Shown here piece by piece: positions 46,265-56,577 of a stretch of DNA of 64,000 nucleotides. The notes under the pieces were generated by a model, which had not been told where the DNA came from, did no database searches, and was given only the letters and a program-made list of their open reading frames with translations. The DNA is taken from NCBI GenBank assembly GCA_016219005.1, contig JACRCN010000084.1, positions 73,042 to 137,041 on the forward strand. Direction: 5' to 3'. The position numbers were made by a program, and so were the translations under genes. This DNA is from Deltaproteobacteria bacterium. Its GTDB lineage: Bacteria; Desulfobacterota; Desulfobacteria; Desulfobacterales; SpSt-501. The number at the start of each line of letters is the position of its first letter. Positions within the stretch are counted from its first letter, which is position 1.

Positions 46265-49200
46265 TCATTCCTCGGAAAACTCGCTCGCCCGGAAACCGAG
46301 GTTGCCGTAGCGGTGGTAGCTGGTGCACACGCTCTGCTGACGGTAGTACTGGAGCAGCTCGATGCGGCCTTCCATGACGACCGGCGCGCGTGCGATGTGG
46401 AAGCCGGTTGCGGCTGCCGCCGCGAAGACTTCGGGCGGGACACGGTCCGGTGCGGCGTAGCGGATGCGGTCGAGCTTGGGCATGCCGGCGATGAGGTCGG
46501 CGTCCGACTCCTGGAACACCGGGTCGCGGCCGGTGAGCCGCAGGCCCTCGGGCCCATACAGGAATCGAGCCGCCTGGGTGTCCAACGCCTTCGGGACACT
46601 GACGCGCAGGCGGTTTCCGGTGGCCTTGACCGCCGCAATGCGGGCCAGGGCGTCGAAAAGCGTGTCCGCGGGGTGCAGGCGCACGGCGACAGTGCCCACC
46701 GGCAAATGACGCAGCACGTTGTCCTGGCCGCGCAGGCTCACGTGGTCTAGCTCGCGCGCGAACTCGCGTTCGACATGGTAGAGGTAGCTGCGGATGGCGA
46801 GGATGGTCTTGCGAATATCGCCGGCCTCAGCGCCGAATCTTTCCCCGTCCAGCCCAAGCTGCCAGCGCTGGGCAAGGCGCAGCAGGGGCTGCGGGCGCGT
46901 CAGCGGACCCGTCGACGGGGCCGACGCGTCCGCAGCTTCCAGGAACTGGGTCACGTAATGCGGGCCGCCGACCTTAATGCCGGCGCCTATGGCCGATTTG
47001 CCCATGCCGCCGAAGGGCTGGCGCAGGACGCTGGCGCCGGTCGTACCGCGGTTGATGTAGAGGTTCCCGGCCTGGACGCGCTCCTGCCAGAACGCCTGCT
47101 CCCGGCGATCGAGGCTCTCGATTCCCGAAGTGAGGCCGTAGCCGGTCTGGTTCACGAGGTCGGCGGCTTGTTTCAGGTTCTCCGCGCGCATAACCCCGAG
47201 GACGGGGCCGAAGAATTCCGTCAAGTGCGTTGTGCTGCCGGCCCGTACGTCCCACTTGACTCCCGGCGTCCACAACTGCGGGTTGTCGGCTATCATCCGC
47301 GGCTCAAGGGCCCAGGACTCCCCGGGTTCAAGCCCCGTCAACGCCTCCCTGAGCGGGCTCCCCGGAGGCCTCACCAACGGGCCCATTCGGCTGGTGAAGT
47401 CCCAAGCCGAGCCGGTCTTGAAGGTAGCGGCGGCATCCGTCAACTGCCGTCTGAATTCTTCGTCGTCGTAGATCTCTCGTTCCAGGACCAGCAGCGAGGT
47501 GGCCGAGCATTTCTGGCCGGCGTTGCCGAAGGCCGAATAAACGACGTCGGCGATGGCCTGGTCCCGGTCGGACATGGCGCTGACCACGGTGGCGTTCTTG
47601 CCGCCGGTTTCGGCCGTCAGCGGCAGGTCGGGCCGGGCCTTGAGGATCTTCAGCCCGGTCTCGGTGCCGCCGGTAAGGATGGCGAAGTCTACATCGGGGT
47701 GGCCCGCGAGGAGGGCGCCGGCGCTGCCGCCCTCGCCGGGCAGGAACTGCAGGGTGTTTTTCGACACCCCGGCGCGCCAGAAACACTGGCAGAGCAGCCA
47801 CCCGACCAGGATGGCGTCCGAGGACGGCTTAAAGATAACGGTGTTGCCGGCGGACAGGGCGGCCGCGATGCCGCTGCAGGGGATGGCGATGGGGAAGTTC
47901 CATGGCGCGATCACGAGCCCCACTCCCTTGCCCCGACAGCGCAGGTTTTTCATTTCAAAGTAGGCCCGGGCGGCGTGCGGATAGAACTCGGCGAAGTCGA
48001 CGCCTTCCGAGACTTCCGGGTCGGCCTCCGTGAACACCTTGCCCGTGCTGGCAGCCGCCGCGCCGATGAGGTCCCCGCGGGCCCGTCGGATTTCGTCGGC
48101 CGCCGCACAGAGAATGCGGTGACGCCGGCGGAACGTCATGGTCCGCCACCCGTCCGGGTCGGCTCTGGCCGTTTCAACCGCCCGCTTCGCATCCCCGGCG
48201 GTGGCCATGGCGCAGCGGGCCACGACCACGGTTTCAGGCAGTTGGTTGGGGTCACAGGCCTTGAGCGTCTTCCGGCCTCGCTGCAGATTTTTTCCCGCCA
48301 CCACCACCGGCACCTCCAGCGGCTTGTCCCCCGGCCCTTTCATCCACGCGCGGCGGATGCCCTCGGCCCAGGTGCGGTTTGCCACGAGCGACCAGTCGGT
48401 ATTCGGTTCGTTGCGGAACTCGCCCGTGGCGTAAGTCCCTCGGCCGGTGGGAAAGGTTTCGGTGATCCGGTTCTGGGTGCGGTGGCGCACGGTGCCGGCA
48501 GCGGGCATACGCCGGACCGAGGCCTTGAAATGTTCGGCCAGCATCGTCCACGCGGCAGACCGGGTGTTGAGATGGTTCAGGTGGCGCAGGAAGTTCCGGG
48601 GGCCGGTGTTTTCGTCCAGGCGCCGGATGAGGTAGGCGACGGCATTGATGAAGTGCCGATCTTCCGCCACCGGCGCGTACGCCAGCAGGTCTTGCCCGGT
48701 TTCTCGCACGGCGCGCCGCACGTGGTTCGCCATGCCCTCGATCATCTCGAAGGTGAAAAATTCCGTCACCTGGTTCCGGCGGGCCAGCAGGAAGGCGAAG
48801 GCGACATCGAAGAGGTTGTGTGAAGCCACACCGAGACGCACGGCGCGGATGTGGTCCGGCTCGAGGCCATAGGAAATCATGCGCTTCCAGTTGGCATCCA
48901 CATCGAGCTTGTTGTCGAAGGGGGCGAGCGGCCAGCCGCAGAGGGAGGACTCGATCAGTTCCATCTCCATGTTGGCGCCCTTGACGATGCGCACCTTGAC
49001 CGGGCTGCCGCCGGCATCCACCCGGCGTATAGCCCAGGCGGTGATCTCCTGCAGCATGCCGAAGGAGTCCGGCAGATAGGCCTGAAGCGCCATGCCGGCA
49101 AAGGCATTCCTGAACTCCGGTTGGTCTAAGGTGCGCATGAAGGCGGCCGCCGTCAGTGCAAGGTCGCGGTAGGCCTCCATGTCGAGTGTGACGGATTTGG

Positions 49201-49879
49201 GGACCCGGGTGCCGTCCAGGCGCGTGTAGGTCTGGGCCGCGGCTTCGCGGCAGAGAATCGACAGGCGTTCCGATATGCGATCAACCGTCTGCGCGAAGGG
49301 CAGGGGGTGGATTTGGGCGCAGATGGTGGAGATCTTGACGGCGATGCTCTCGATGCGCGGGTCCCGCAGGTCAGCGAGGTAGGCGTCCATGCGGGTGAGA
49401 GCCTCTTTCTCCCCGAGGACCTCCTCGCCCAGACGATTCACATTGACCCGCAGGTCTTCTGCCCGCCGCTCCTGCAGGTAGGCGCCGAACGCCGCGTGCT
49501 CCCCGGCGATAATGACGTGGCGACTGTCGGCCCGCATTTTCGCGATGATGCGGGGTACGGTGTAGGCCGGCAGGAAACGGCCGAAAAGCAAAAACAGCTG
49601 TATCAGCGCTTTTTCGGAAAAAGAGAAAAAGCGCGGGATGCCGTGAGAAGACAGCAGGTGATGGATCTGATCCGCGACGCGGCGTGCGTCCCGGGACCGG
49701 AAGCCCTGGTCGATGAGTGCGGTGAGAATGATTTTGTCATCGGCGTTGGCCACGAGCCGCGTCAGTTGTCGGTAGCGACGCTTTTCCGCCGGTTCCAGCA
49801 AGACGTTGGCGCGATCCTGCCAGTTTTTGGCCAGGGAAACGGCGTCTTCTGTGAAGCGGTCATCGATCGCTGGGCCCAC
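46265..49879 (-). CDS. putA: Bifunctional proline dehydrogenase / 1-pyrroline-5-carboxylate dehydrogenase PutA (long form)
   Basis: A 1204-aa protein with an N-terminal PRODH barrel region, an ALDH domain ('ETGGKNA', 'FGNAGQKCSA') and a C-terminal extension. The GTG start has an AGGAG ribosome-binding site. Confidence 0.88.
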   Translation of the reverse strand: MGPAIDDRFTEDAVSLAKNWQDRANVLLEPAEKRRYRQLTRLVANADDKIILTALIDQGFRSRDARRVADQIHHLLSSHGIPRFFSFSEKALIQLFLLFGRFLPAYTVPRIIAKMRADSRHVIIAGEHAAFGAYLQERRAEDLRVNVNRLGEEVLGEKEALTRMDAYLADLRDPRIESIAVKISTICAQIHPLPFAQTVDRISERLSILCREAAAQTYTRLDGTRVPKSVTLDMEAYRDLALTAAAFMRTLDQPEFRNAFAGMALQAYLPDSFGMLQEITAWAIRRVDAGGSPVKVRIVKGANMEMELIESSLCGWPLAPFDNKLDVDANWKRMISYGLEPDHIRAVRLGVASHNLFDVAFAFLLARRNQVTEFFTFEMIEGMANHVRRAVRETGQDLLAYAPVAEDRHFINAVAYLIRRLDENTGPRNFLRHLNHLNTRSAAWTMLAEHFKASVRRMPAAGTVRHRTQNRITETFPTGRGTYATGEFRNEPNTDWSLVANRTWAEGIRRAWMKGPGDKPLEVPVVVAGKNLQRGRKTLKACDPNQLPETVVVARCAMATAGDAKRAVETARADPDGWRTMTFRRRHRILCAAADEIRRARGDLIGAAAASTGKVFTEADPEVSEGVDFAEFYPHAARAYFEMKNLRCRGKGVGLVIAPWNFPIAIPCSGIAAALSAGNTVIFKPSSDAILVGWLLCQCFWRAGVSKNTLQFLPGEGGSAGALLAGHPDVDFAILTGGTETGLKILKARPDLPLTAETGGKNATVVSAMSDRDQAIADVVYSAFGNAGQKCSATSLLVLEREIYDDEEFRRQLTDAAATFKTGSAWDFTSRMGPLVRPPGSPLREALTGLEPGESWALEPRMIADNPQLWTPGVKWDVRAGSTTHLTEFFGPVLGVMRAENLKQAADLVNQTGYGLTSGIESLDRREQAFWQERVQAGNLYINRGTTGASVLRQPFGGMGKSAIGAGIKVGGPHYVTQFLEAADASAPSTGPLTRPQPLLRLAQRWQLGLDGERFGAEAGDIRKTILAIRSYLYHVEREFARELDHVSLRGQDNVLRHLPVGTVAVRLHPADTLFDALARIAAVKATGNRLRVSVPKALDTQAARFLYGPEGLRLTGRDPVFQESDADLIAGMPKLDRIRYAAPDRVPPEVFAAAAATGFHIARAPVVMEGRIELLQYYRQQSVCTSYHRYGNLGFRASEFSEE

Positions 49880-49966
49880 GGGACACTCCTGGTGAGATTT
49901 GAAATTCAGAGATTGGGAGGAGTTGGACGCTTGATACTGGATTCTCGATAAAAAGAAAAGACCGGC

Positions 49967-50584
49967 TCACACCGCCGCCTGCCACAGGGCCAGCGCTCCG
50001 AACGAGAGCAGGATGACCCCGGATAACCGGTTGACCCAGCGCAGCGCGGCTGAACCCACCTTCTCGCGCAGCAGGCTGACGCCCATGCTCAGTAACAGCC
50101 ACCAGGCTGCGGAGCCGAGAAACACCCCCAAGACAAGCCAGCAGGCGGCCGCGAGATCACCGCCGCTGGCGACCACCCCGAGGCCGGCGAAAATGGCTGC
50201 AAATGACAGGATGGTCATCGGGTTGGTGATCGTCAGGAAAAACGTAGAGACATAGCTGGATAGAAGCCCGTTTCCCCCGGCAGAGGCCGCTTCGGTGGCC
50301 GGTTGCGATCGGAGGGTTCGGGCGCCGAGATAGCAGAGAAAAATGCCGCCGATCACCTGCAGCCAGAACCGCTGCTCGATGAGGAACGCGGAAATGACGG
50401 TCAGCCCGAATCCGGCGACACACCCATAGAATGCGTCGGCGGTGGCCGCCCCCATGCCGGAGAAAAAACCGGACACCCGGCCTTCGGCGAGCGTGCGACG
50501 AATGCACAGGATACCGATGGGGCCGACCGGGGCGGCGATGGAGAACCCGATGACGAGGCCTTGAAGAAACAGCGAAACGCTCAT
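49967..50584 (-). CDS. LysE/RhtB-family amino-acid exporter
   Basis: 'GFSIAAPVGPIGILCI' and a 6-TM protein of about 205 aa. Confidence 0.8.
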   Translation of the reverse strand: MSVSLFLQGLVIGFSIAAPVGPIGILCIRRTLAEGRVSGFFSGMGAATADAFYGCVAGFGLTVISAFLIEQRFWLQVIGGIFLCYLGARTLRSQPATEAASAGGNGLLSSYVSTFFLTITNPMTILSFAAIFAGLGVVASGGDLAAACWLVLGVFLGSAAWWLLLSMGVSLLREKVGSAALRWVNRLSGVILLSFGALALWQAAV

Positions 50585-50659
50585 AATAATTCAGACAGGC
50601 ATCTCGCCCCGGGTACCGGCATCGCCGCAACCCCCGGAGCGTACCCTCTAAGTGTGGTC

Positions 50660-51373
50660 TTATCCTTCACCCAGGTAGGCTTTGCGCACCATCTCGTTGT
50701 CAGCCAGCTTATCGGCCGAGTCGCTCATCATGATGGTCCCGGATTGCAACACATAGCCGCGGTTTGCTACCTGAAGCGCCATGCGGGCGTTCTGCTCGAC
50801 CAGGAGAATGGTGGTGCCCGCGGCATGCAGCCGGCGGATGGTGTCGAAGATGCCATCCACCAGGATCGGCGCAAGCCCCATCGAAGGTTCATCCAGAAGC
50901 AGGACCCGAGGGTCGGACATCAGGGCGCGTCCCATGGCGAGCATCTGTTGCTCGCCGCCGCTCAGAGTGCCGCCCACCTGCTTGCTGCGCTCCTTGAGCC
51001 GCGGGAACAGGGTGAATACGCGCTCAATGTTTTCATGGTTCTTGCGGCTGTCCAAGCTGGTGAAGGCGCCCATTTCAAGGTTTTCCCTCACGGTGAGTCG
51101 GCCGAAGATCCGCCGACCCTCGGGAACCTGGACCACGCCCTTCATGACGATTTCATGCGGACGCAGACGGGTCAGATCCTCGCCCTCAAGACGAATGGAG
51201 CCGGTGCGCGGTTTCAACAAGCCGCTGGTGGTTTTCAGCATGGTGCTCTTGCCGGCGCCGTTGGCACCGATGATGGTGACGACCTCGCCCTTCTCGACTT
51301 CGATGGAGACGTCTTTCAGCGCATGGATGTTGCCGTAATAGGTGTTCACACCTTGGACTTCCAGCATGGGCAT
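50660..51373 (-). CDS. livF: Branched-chain amino-acid ABC transporter ATP-binding protein LivF-type
   Basis: 'GANGAGKST', 'LSGGEQQMLAMGRAL', 'LLLDEPS'. Confidence 0.88.
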   Translation of the reverse strand: MPMLEVQGVNTYYGNIHALKDVSIEVEKGEVVTIIGANGAGKSTMLKTTSGLLKPRTGSIRLEGEDLTRLRPHEIVMKGVVQVPEGRRIFGRLTVRENLEMGAFTSLDSRKNHENIERVFTLFPRLKERSKQVGGTLSGGEQQMLAMGRALMSDPRVLLLDEPSMGLAPILVDGIFDTIRRLHAAGTTILLVEQNARMALQVANRGYVLQSGTIMMSDSADKLADNEMVRKAYLGEG

Positions 51374-51402
51374 TGTCGCGTTTCCTCCTCAGGGGCTCCC
51401 TA

Positions 51403-52188
51403 TCAGGCGGCGCAAGGCTGTGTGGCGCTCCCCCGGCCGAGGTATGCCTCGATCACCCGGGGGTCGCACTGGACCTCCGTCGGTGTGCCCTCGGCGATTT
51501 TCTTGCCGTAGTCGAGCACCGTCACTTTTTCAGAAATGCCCATCACCACCCGCATCTGATGTTCGATCAGCAGGATGGTGATTCCGAGGACATCCCGCAG
51601 GTGACGGATGAAGTCCATCAGGTCCTGGGACTCTTTGGGGTTCATTCCTGCGGCCGGCTCGTCCAGGCACAGCACTTTGGGCCGAGTGGCGAGGGCTCGC
51701 GCAATCTCGAGCCTTCTCTGATTTCCGTAAGGAAGGTTTTTCGCCAGCAGATCCCCCTTGCCGGCCAGATTGACGAATTTCAGCAGCCGCAGTGCTTCTT
51801 CGTTGGCCTTCTGCTCCTCTTTGCGCGTGGTCGGCAATCCCAGAACGATGCCGAAGTATCCGGACCGAAGATGGCTGTGCATGCCGACCAGGATGTTTTC
51901 CATGGCCGTCAAATCGGGGAACAGACGTATGTTCTGATAGGTCCGTGCAATCCCATGGCGGACGATCTGATCCGGGAGCAGGCCTACCAGCGAGTGGTCA
52001 TCGAGACGGATATCGCCAATTTCAGGGCGGTAAAAACCTGTCATGCAATTAAAAAGGGTGGTTTTGCCGGCGCCGTTGGGTCCGATGACACTGTGGATGC
52101 TCTGCTCCTTGACCTCGATATCCAGGTTCTCGATGGCAATCAGTCCGCCGAATTGCTTGGTGAGCTTTGTGATGGTGATAACCGCCAT
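51403..52188 (-). CDS. livG: Branched-chain amino-acid ABC transporter ATP-binding protein LivG-type
   Basis: 'GPNGAGKTTLFN', 'LPYGNQRRLEIARAL', 'LCLDEPAAG'. Confidence 0.88.
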   Translation of the reverse strand: MAVITITKLTKQFGGLIAIENLDIEVKEQSIHSVIGPNGAGKTTLFNCMTGFYRPEIGDIRLDDHSLVGLLPDQIVRHGIARTYQNIRLFPDLTAMENILVGMHSHLRSGYFGIVLGLPTTRKEEQKANEEALRLLKFVNLAGKGDLLAKNLPYGNQRRLEIARALATRPKVLCLDEPAAGMNPKESQDLMDFIRHLRDVLGITILLIEHQMRVVMGISEKVTVLDYGKKIAEGTPTEVQCDPRVIEAYLGRGSATQPCAA

Positions 52189-52197
52189 GCGTTTCTC

Positions 52198-53901
52198 CTA
52201 ACTGCGGGGTCCCGCCGACCCCTCCGCTAACTTAGACGCTCTCACCGCGTCCTCCTCTTCATGGAGTTCGCGTTGCCGCGTGGCCTCCGGCCACAACCCT
52301 TCGGGTCTCAAGAGCATCATGGCCATCAGTGCGGCTCCGTAAACCAGGAGGCGATATTCGGCAAACTCCCGCAAGAGCTCGGGCAGCCCCACCAGCGCTA
52401 TGGCTCCCACCGCGACCCCGGGCATGCTGCCCATGCCGCCGACAATGATCACGCAAAGGATGTTGATGGAGATCATGACGTTGAAGCTGTGCGGATACAC
52501 CGAGCCCAACTTGGTGGCGAAGATTGCCCCGCTCAAGGCCGAAAACCCGGCGCCGGTGGCGAACGCCAGCAGTTTGGTTGCCACCAGCTCGATGCCCATG
52601 GCCTGGGCGACATCCTCATCCTCACGAACGGCCATCCAGGCCCGGCCGAGACGGGAATCGCGCAGCCGCCAGGAGATGAATCCGACCAGAGCACAACCGG
52701 CCAGGATCAGATAGTAGATCTCCTGCGGGGTTGCAAATTCAAAACCGCCGATTGCAGCCTTGGGGATCTTGCCGATGCCTTGGGCGCCTCCCAGCCAGGG
52801 CCTCAGAAAGTCGGAGAGTACCATGATGCGGATGATTTCGCCGAACCCCAGAGTGGCGATGGCGAGATAATCGCCGCGCATTTTTAAAACTGGAACACCC
52901 AGGATGACTCCGGCGAGCACACCGAAGAGAACGGCCAGCGGCAGGGCCTGCCAGAAATTCCAGTCGAAGAAACCCAGCTCGGGCGAGGTCAGAATCGCCA
53001 CCGTATAGGACCCAATGGCAAAAAAGGCCACATACCCTAGATCCAGCAAGCCGGCGAACCCGACGACGATGTTCAGCCCCAGACCCAGCAGGATGTAAAG
53101 CCCCACGATCGTCATCACTTCGCTCAAGAAAAGCCCCAAGACCTGAGGCAGTACCAGCATAACAAGCGCGCCGGCCAGTAGGGCAGCGAAGTTCAGCCCG
53201 CGCCGGCTTTGCGGGGGCAAAGCCTTGATGCGGGTTTGGAGCGCCTGACCCCTGAATGACCAGAGGGCTGACAGAGCGGCCACCACGATAAACAGGCCCA
53301 CCGCACCGGAAATCGAAAGGCCGTTGCCGGGAAAGAGCAGGTCGGTGAAGTCTGCCAGTAGACTCCAATCGGATAGGATCGGAGCAATCAGGTCCTGGAG
53401 CAAGCCGACGCCGGCCACGCTGCAGAGGCCGGTCGTTATCACGCGCCGCAGCCAGTGGGGCAGAAGGCACAGCAGGGCGGCTGAAAATCCGATCAGGGCA
53501 CCTGCCAGCAGCAACAGCCCGATTCCGGCCCAGAGTTCTTCCTGCTGGAAGATAAGGATCTGAAAAAGCACCGGTGAGGCATTGATGAACACCTGCCGCA
53601 TGTTGATGGCTTGGCCGAGCAGTACCAGCAGGGTCAGCATGCCGGCCATGATCAGGCCTGCAGTGATGCTGGCTCCGAAAACCTGAGCCCGCCCGTGCTC
53701 CCGCCCGCGCTTGGCCGCCAAGTAGGCGATGAACACCGCAGTGAGCAGCAGAAGGGTCTGGCCCATGGAGATGAGGTCGCTGATGATCTCGCGTTGGTTG
53801 AAGGTCTCGACCATGCCGATCAGGGAAAGAAGCACCAGGCTGACCCCGCCGATCAGACCCAGTCGTATGCCGGGAAACCGCTGAGTGAGAGCCGGGTTCA
53901 T
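52198..53901 (-). CDS. livM: Branched-chain amino-acid ABC permease LivM-type with an extended N-terminal membrane domain
   Basis: The C-terminal half is LivM-like and the N-terminal half adds extra TM helices. The start was moved to the ATG at 53901 (GGAAAGGA ribosome-binding site). Confidence 0.82.
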   Translation of the reverse strand: MNPALTQRFPGIRLGLIGGVSLVLLSLIGMVETFNQREIISDLISMGQTLLLLTAVFIAYLAAKRGREHGRAQVFGASITAGLIMAGMLTLLVLLGQAINMRQVFINASPVLFQILIFQQEELWAGIGLLLLAGALIGFSAALLCLLPHWLRRVITTGLCSVAGVGLLQDLIAPILSDWSLLADFTDLLFPGNGLSISGAVGLFIVVAALSALWSFRGQALQTRIKALPPQSRRGLNFAALLAGALVMLVLPQVLGLFLSEVMTIVGLYILLGLGLNIVVGFAGLLDLGYVAFFAIGSYTVAILTSPELGFFDWNFWQALPLAVLFGVLAGVILGVPVLKMRGDYLAIATLGFGEIIRIMVLSDFLRPWLGGAQGIGKIPKAAIGGFEFATPQEIYYLILAGCALVGFISWRLRDSRLGRAWMAVREDEDVAQAMGIELVATKLLAFATGAGFSALSGAIFATKLGSVYPHSFNVMISINILCVIIVGGMGSMPGVAVGAIALVGLPELLREFAEYRLLVYGAALMAMMLLRPEGLWPEATRQRELHEEEDAVRASKLAEGSAGPRS

Positions 53902-53923
53902 TCGTGTATCCTTTCCTGCGTCA

Positions 53924-54985
53924 TCATGCCTTCTTGACCGCAAGCCGCTCACCGAGAATACCGGTCGGGCGGAAGATCAGGACCAGCACCAGAAGGCTGA
54001 AGGCAATGGCGTCCTTCAGTTGGTAGGGGGCCACGATTCCCAGACCGTCCAGGAACAAGCTCGGCCCTACCGATTCCACAAGGCCCAGGAAAATCCCGCC
54101 CAGCATGGCGCCCGGGATATTGCCGATTCCACCCAGGACTGCGGCGGTGAAGGCTTTGATGCCCGGGATGAACCCCATGAAAAAGTGCACCTGCTTGAAC
54201 ATGATGGCGTAGAGCACTCCGGCGGCCCCGGCGGCGGCGCCGCCGATCATGAACGTCATGGAGATCATCCGGTCCACGTCGATACCCATCAGGGCGGATG
54301 CCTCCTTGTCCTCGGACACGGATCGGAGAGCCTTTCCCAGCCGGGTCCGCTGTGTGAACTGGTAGAGCGCGACCATCAGGATGGCCGCGGCGACGATGAC
54401 CAGAATCTGGAATTTGAGGATGCGGATGGGTCCGACCATCAAATGGCCCTCCAGGGCTTTGACCACCGGGTAGGCTTGGAACCCGGACCCGTAAAGGCCT
54501 TTGAAGACATATTGCAGGAAAAACGAAGCGCCGATGGCGGTGATCAGCGGTACCAGGCGCGGCGCTCCGCGCAGGGGGCGGTAGGCGATCAACTCCAGAA
54601 GATAGGCAATGAGGGTGGATGTCGCCATGGAAATGATGAACACCAGCACCATGCTGATCACCGGATGGGACTCCAGCAGGCCGCTGCGGTAGAAATAGGC
54701 GGCGAAATAGTAGGCCGTGTAGGGCCCGCTCATGAAGACTTCGCTGTGGGCGAAGTTGATCATGCGCAGGACCCCGTACACCATGGTGTACCCCATGGCG
54801 ATCAAAGCATAGACGCTGCCCTGGGCCAGGCCGAAGATGATAAAGTCGATCCAATGGTGCGTGGAGTAAACGCCCTTCACCAACGTCGCCACCGATCCCC
54901 AACAAATCATGATCAGCAGAATCCCGCCGATCGACCACATGACGATGTCGGTGGGATTCAGTCGTTCTCGGATGCGCTGCAGCAT
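53924..54985 (-). CDS. livH: Branched-chain amino-acid ABC permease LivH-type
   Basis: A polytopic LivH-like sequence ('NFAHSEVFMSG', 'GGIGNIPGAMLGG'). Confidence 0.85.
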   Translation of the reverse strand: MLQRIRERLNPTDIVMWSIGGILLIMICWGSVATLVKGVYSTHHWIDFIIFGLAQGSVYALIAMGYTMVYGVLRMINFAHSEVFMSGPYTAYYFAAYFYRSGLLESHPVISMVLVFIISMATSTLIAYLLELIAYRPLRGAPRLVPLITAIGASFFLQYVFKGLYGSGFQAYPVVKALEGHLMVGPIRILKFQILVIVAAAILMVALYQFTQRTRLGKALRSVSEDKEASALMGIDVDRMISMTFMIGGAAAGAAGVLYAIMFKQVHFFMGFIPGIKAFTAAVLGGIGNIPGAMLGGIFLGLVESVGPSLFLDGLGIVAPYQLKDAIAFSLLVLVLIFRPTGILGERLAVKKA

Positions 54986-55091
54986 AGGCTCAGATCCTGG
55001 TCTTCTTCCGGCGATTCGGAAAAAGCATCAAAGGAATTTTGGAAGATCCAACATTCCAATCGATGGCCTCAAAGGCTTACCTTCCATTAGA

Positions 55092-55191
55092 CCAAGAGCC
55101 GGGCCCTCAGGCGGTGCCCGGCTCTTGGGACACGCACGACCTCTTCACCCCGCGTCCTCAAAAACGGACGCGGGATGAAAACCCGCGGGTT
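55092..55191 (-). other. Cluster of three intercistronic stem-loops between the binding-protein gene and livH
   Basis: Three stems were read directly. First, CCAAGAGCCGGGC/GCCCGGCTCTTGG (13 bp, 55092-55128). Second, CCCGCGTCC/GGACGCGGG (55149-55174). Third, the palindrome AACCCGCGGGTT (55180-55191), followed on the minus strand by a short T-run. Confidence 0.55.
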
Positions 55192-55206
55192 GCGTTGCCG
55201 TTAGGG

Positions 55207-56436
55207 TCAATACGGCTTCCAGAACGGAACTTCGGGGTTCACCAGCTTTTTGATGTTGTCGGCGGTCTGCTGATACACCGCGATGCGGGGATCGGCACAG
55301 TCGCCGTATTGGTTGCAGGTGATGGTTCCGGTCAGGCCCTTCATGCCCTTGGTGGCATAGAGAGCATCGCGCAGCTTCTGGCGGCAGATATAGAGGATGT
55401 CGCCGTCCTTTACTGCCGTTTTTTCAATGGCGTTGAAGATCATCATGGCTGCGTCATAGCCATGGGCATGGAACGGCGCGATGGGCTTCTCGCCGTATTT
55501 CTTCTGGTGCTTGGCGAGGAAGTCCTTGTACCCGCCCGCAAATGCCGAGAAATCCGGGCTGGAGTGGAACATGCCGATCGCGGTTTCACCGGCGGCCTTG
55601 TAAAAGTCCGGCGAGAATGATCCGTCGGCGCTCATCAGGTAGGTTTTCTCCAGACCGGCGACTTCCTTGGCTTGGCGGGTGATATGTCCGGCAGCGGCGA
55701 TGAAGATCGGGTAGTAGATGAACTGGGGCTTGCCGGTGGCGATCTTGGTCAGCACCGGCCGCATGTCGGTGTCGGTGGGGGCCACGGCTTCCTGAGCCGT
55801 GATGGTTCCGCCCAGCTTTTTGAACTCTTCAGCGAACACCGCCTGCAGTTGCTCGGCGTAGACGCTGCCGTCGTGAATGGTGGCGGCGGTCTTGACTCCC
55901 ATTTTTTTGATGGCGAACTGGGCGGCGACAGCGCCCTGAATCTTGTCGTTGTGGGCGGTGCGCAGGTAGCCGTCATATTCCTTGCCGCGTTTGGGGTCGG
56001 TCAGGTACGGCGCGGTGTTGGAGGGCGACACGGTGGAAATGCCGGCTTTCCATAGAATGGGCGCGCCCGGCCGTGCCTCGCTGGAGCAGTTGGATCCGAC
56101 GGCGGCAACGACGGTCGGGTCGGAGGCGATCTTGGTGGCCGCCGCCTGTCCGCCTTCGGCGTTGCAGGCCGTGTCCTGGCCGCTCAGCTTGATCGGGTAG
56201 CCGAGCAGTTTGCCGCCCTTGTCGGCCATGGCGAGTTCAATGCCGCGCCGGGTGTCGATGCCGAGGGATGCATCCGGGCCGGCCACCACCATCCAGTAGG
56301 CGATGTGGATCGGCTGGCCTTTCTTGATGGCCACGCACCCTAGCGGGTCCTTGGGCGGGGCGGCCTGGGCGATCGTCATTACTGCTAATCCAACGAACAA
56401 AACCAGAACGACAACGAGAGCAAAATTACGTTTCAT
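55207..56436 (-). CDS. livK: Amino-acid ABC transporter periplasmic binding protein (LivK/LivJ family)
   Basis: A signal peptide and a type-I periplasmic binding fold sequence. An AAGGAGG ribosome-binding site lies upstream. Confidence 0.85.
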   Translation of the reverse strand: MKRNFALVVVLVLFVGLAVMTIAQAAPPKDPLGCVAIKKGQPIHIAYWMVVAGPDASLGIDTRRGIELAMADKGGKLLGYPIKLSGQDTACNAEGGQAAATKIASDPTVVAAVGSNCSSEARPGAPILWKAGISTVSPSNTAPYLTDPKRGKEYDGYLRTAHNDKIQGAVAAQFAIKKMGVKTAATIHDGSVYAEQLQAVFAEEFKKLGGTITAQEAVAPTDTDMRPVLTKIATGKPQFIYYPIFIAAAGHITRQAKEVAGLEKTYLMSADGSFSPDFYKAAGETAIGMFHSSPDFSAFAGGYKDFLAKHQKKYGEKPIAPFHAHGYDAAMMIFNAIEKTAVKDGDILYICRQKLRDALYATKGMKGLTGTITCNQYGDCADPRIAVYQQTADNIKKLVNPEVPFWKPY

Positions 56437-56577
56437 GGCTGCCTCCTTACTTGATGGTTGATAAATGGAGAGTTCATAGCCCTTCCCGCCGACAGGGGAG
56501 GTGACTCACACAGGTCCATGGCCCGAACGCGCAACACCTACTAAATGAACTTCATTCTGTCAAGGATTCATTAATGT

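Noticed and set aside
46775-48823. 682-aa plus-strand ORF inside putA
   Set aside because: It is antisense to the 1204-aa PutA frame, which carries ALDH motifs. The translation is Arg/Gly/Pro-rich, a high-GC artefact.
56544-56563. Possible internal promoter (TTGACA on the minus strand at 56563-56558) with palindrome AATGAA-C-TTCATT upstream of the binding-protein gene
   Set aside because: No acceptable -10 hexamer lies at 16-18 nt spacing. The palindrome is real, but the promoter call is not supportable from sequence alone.
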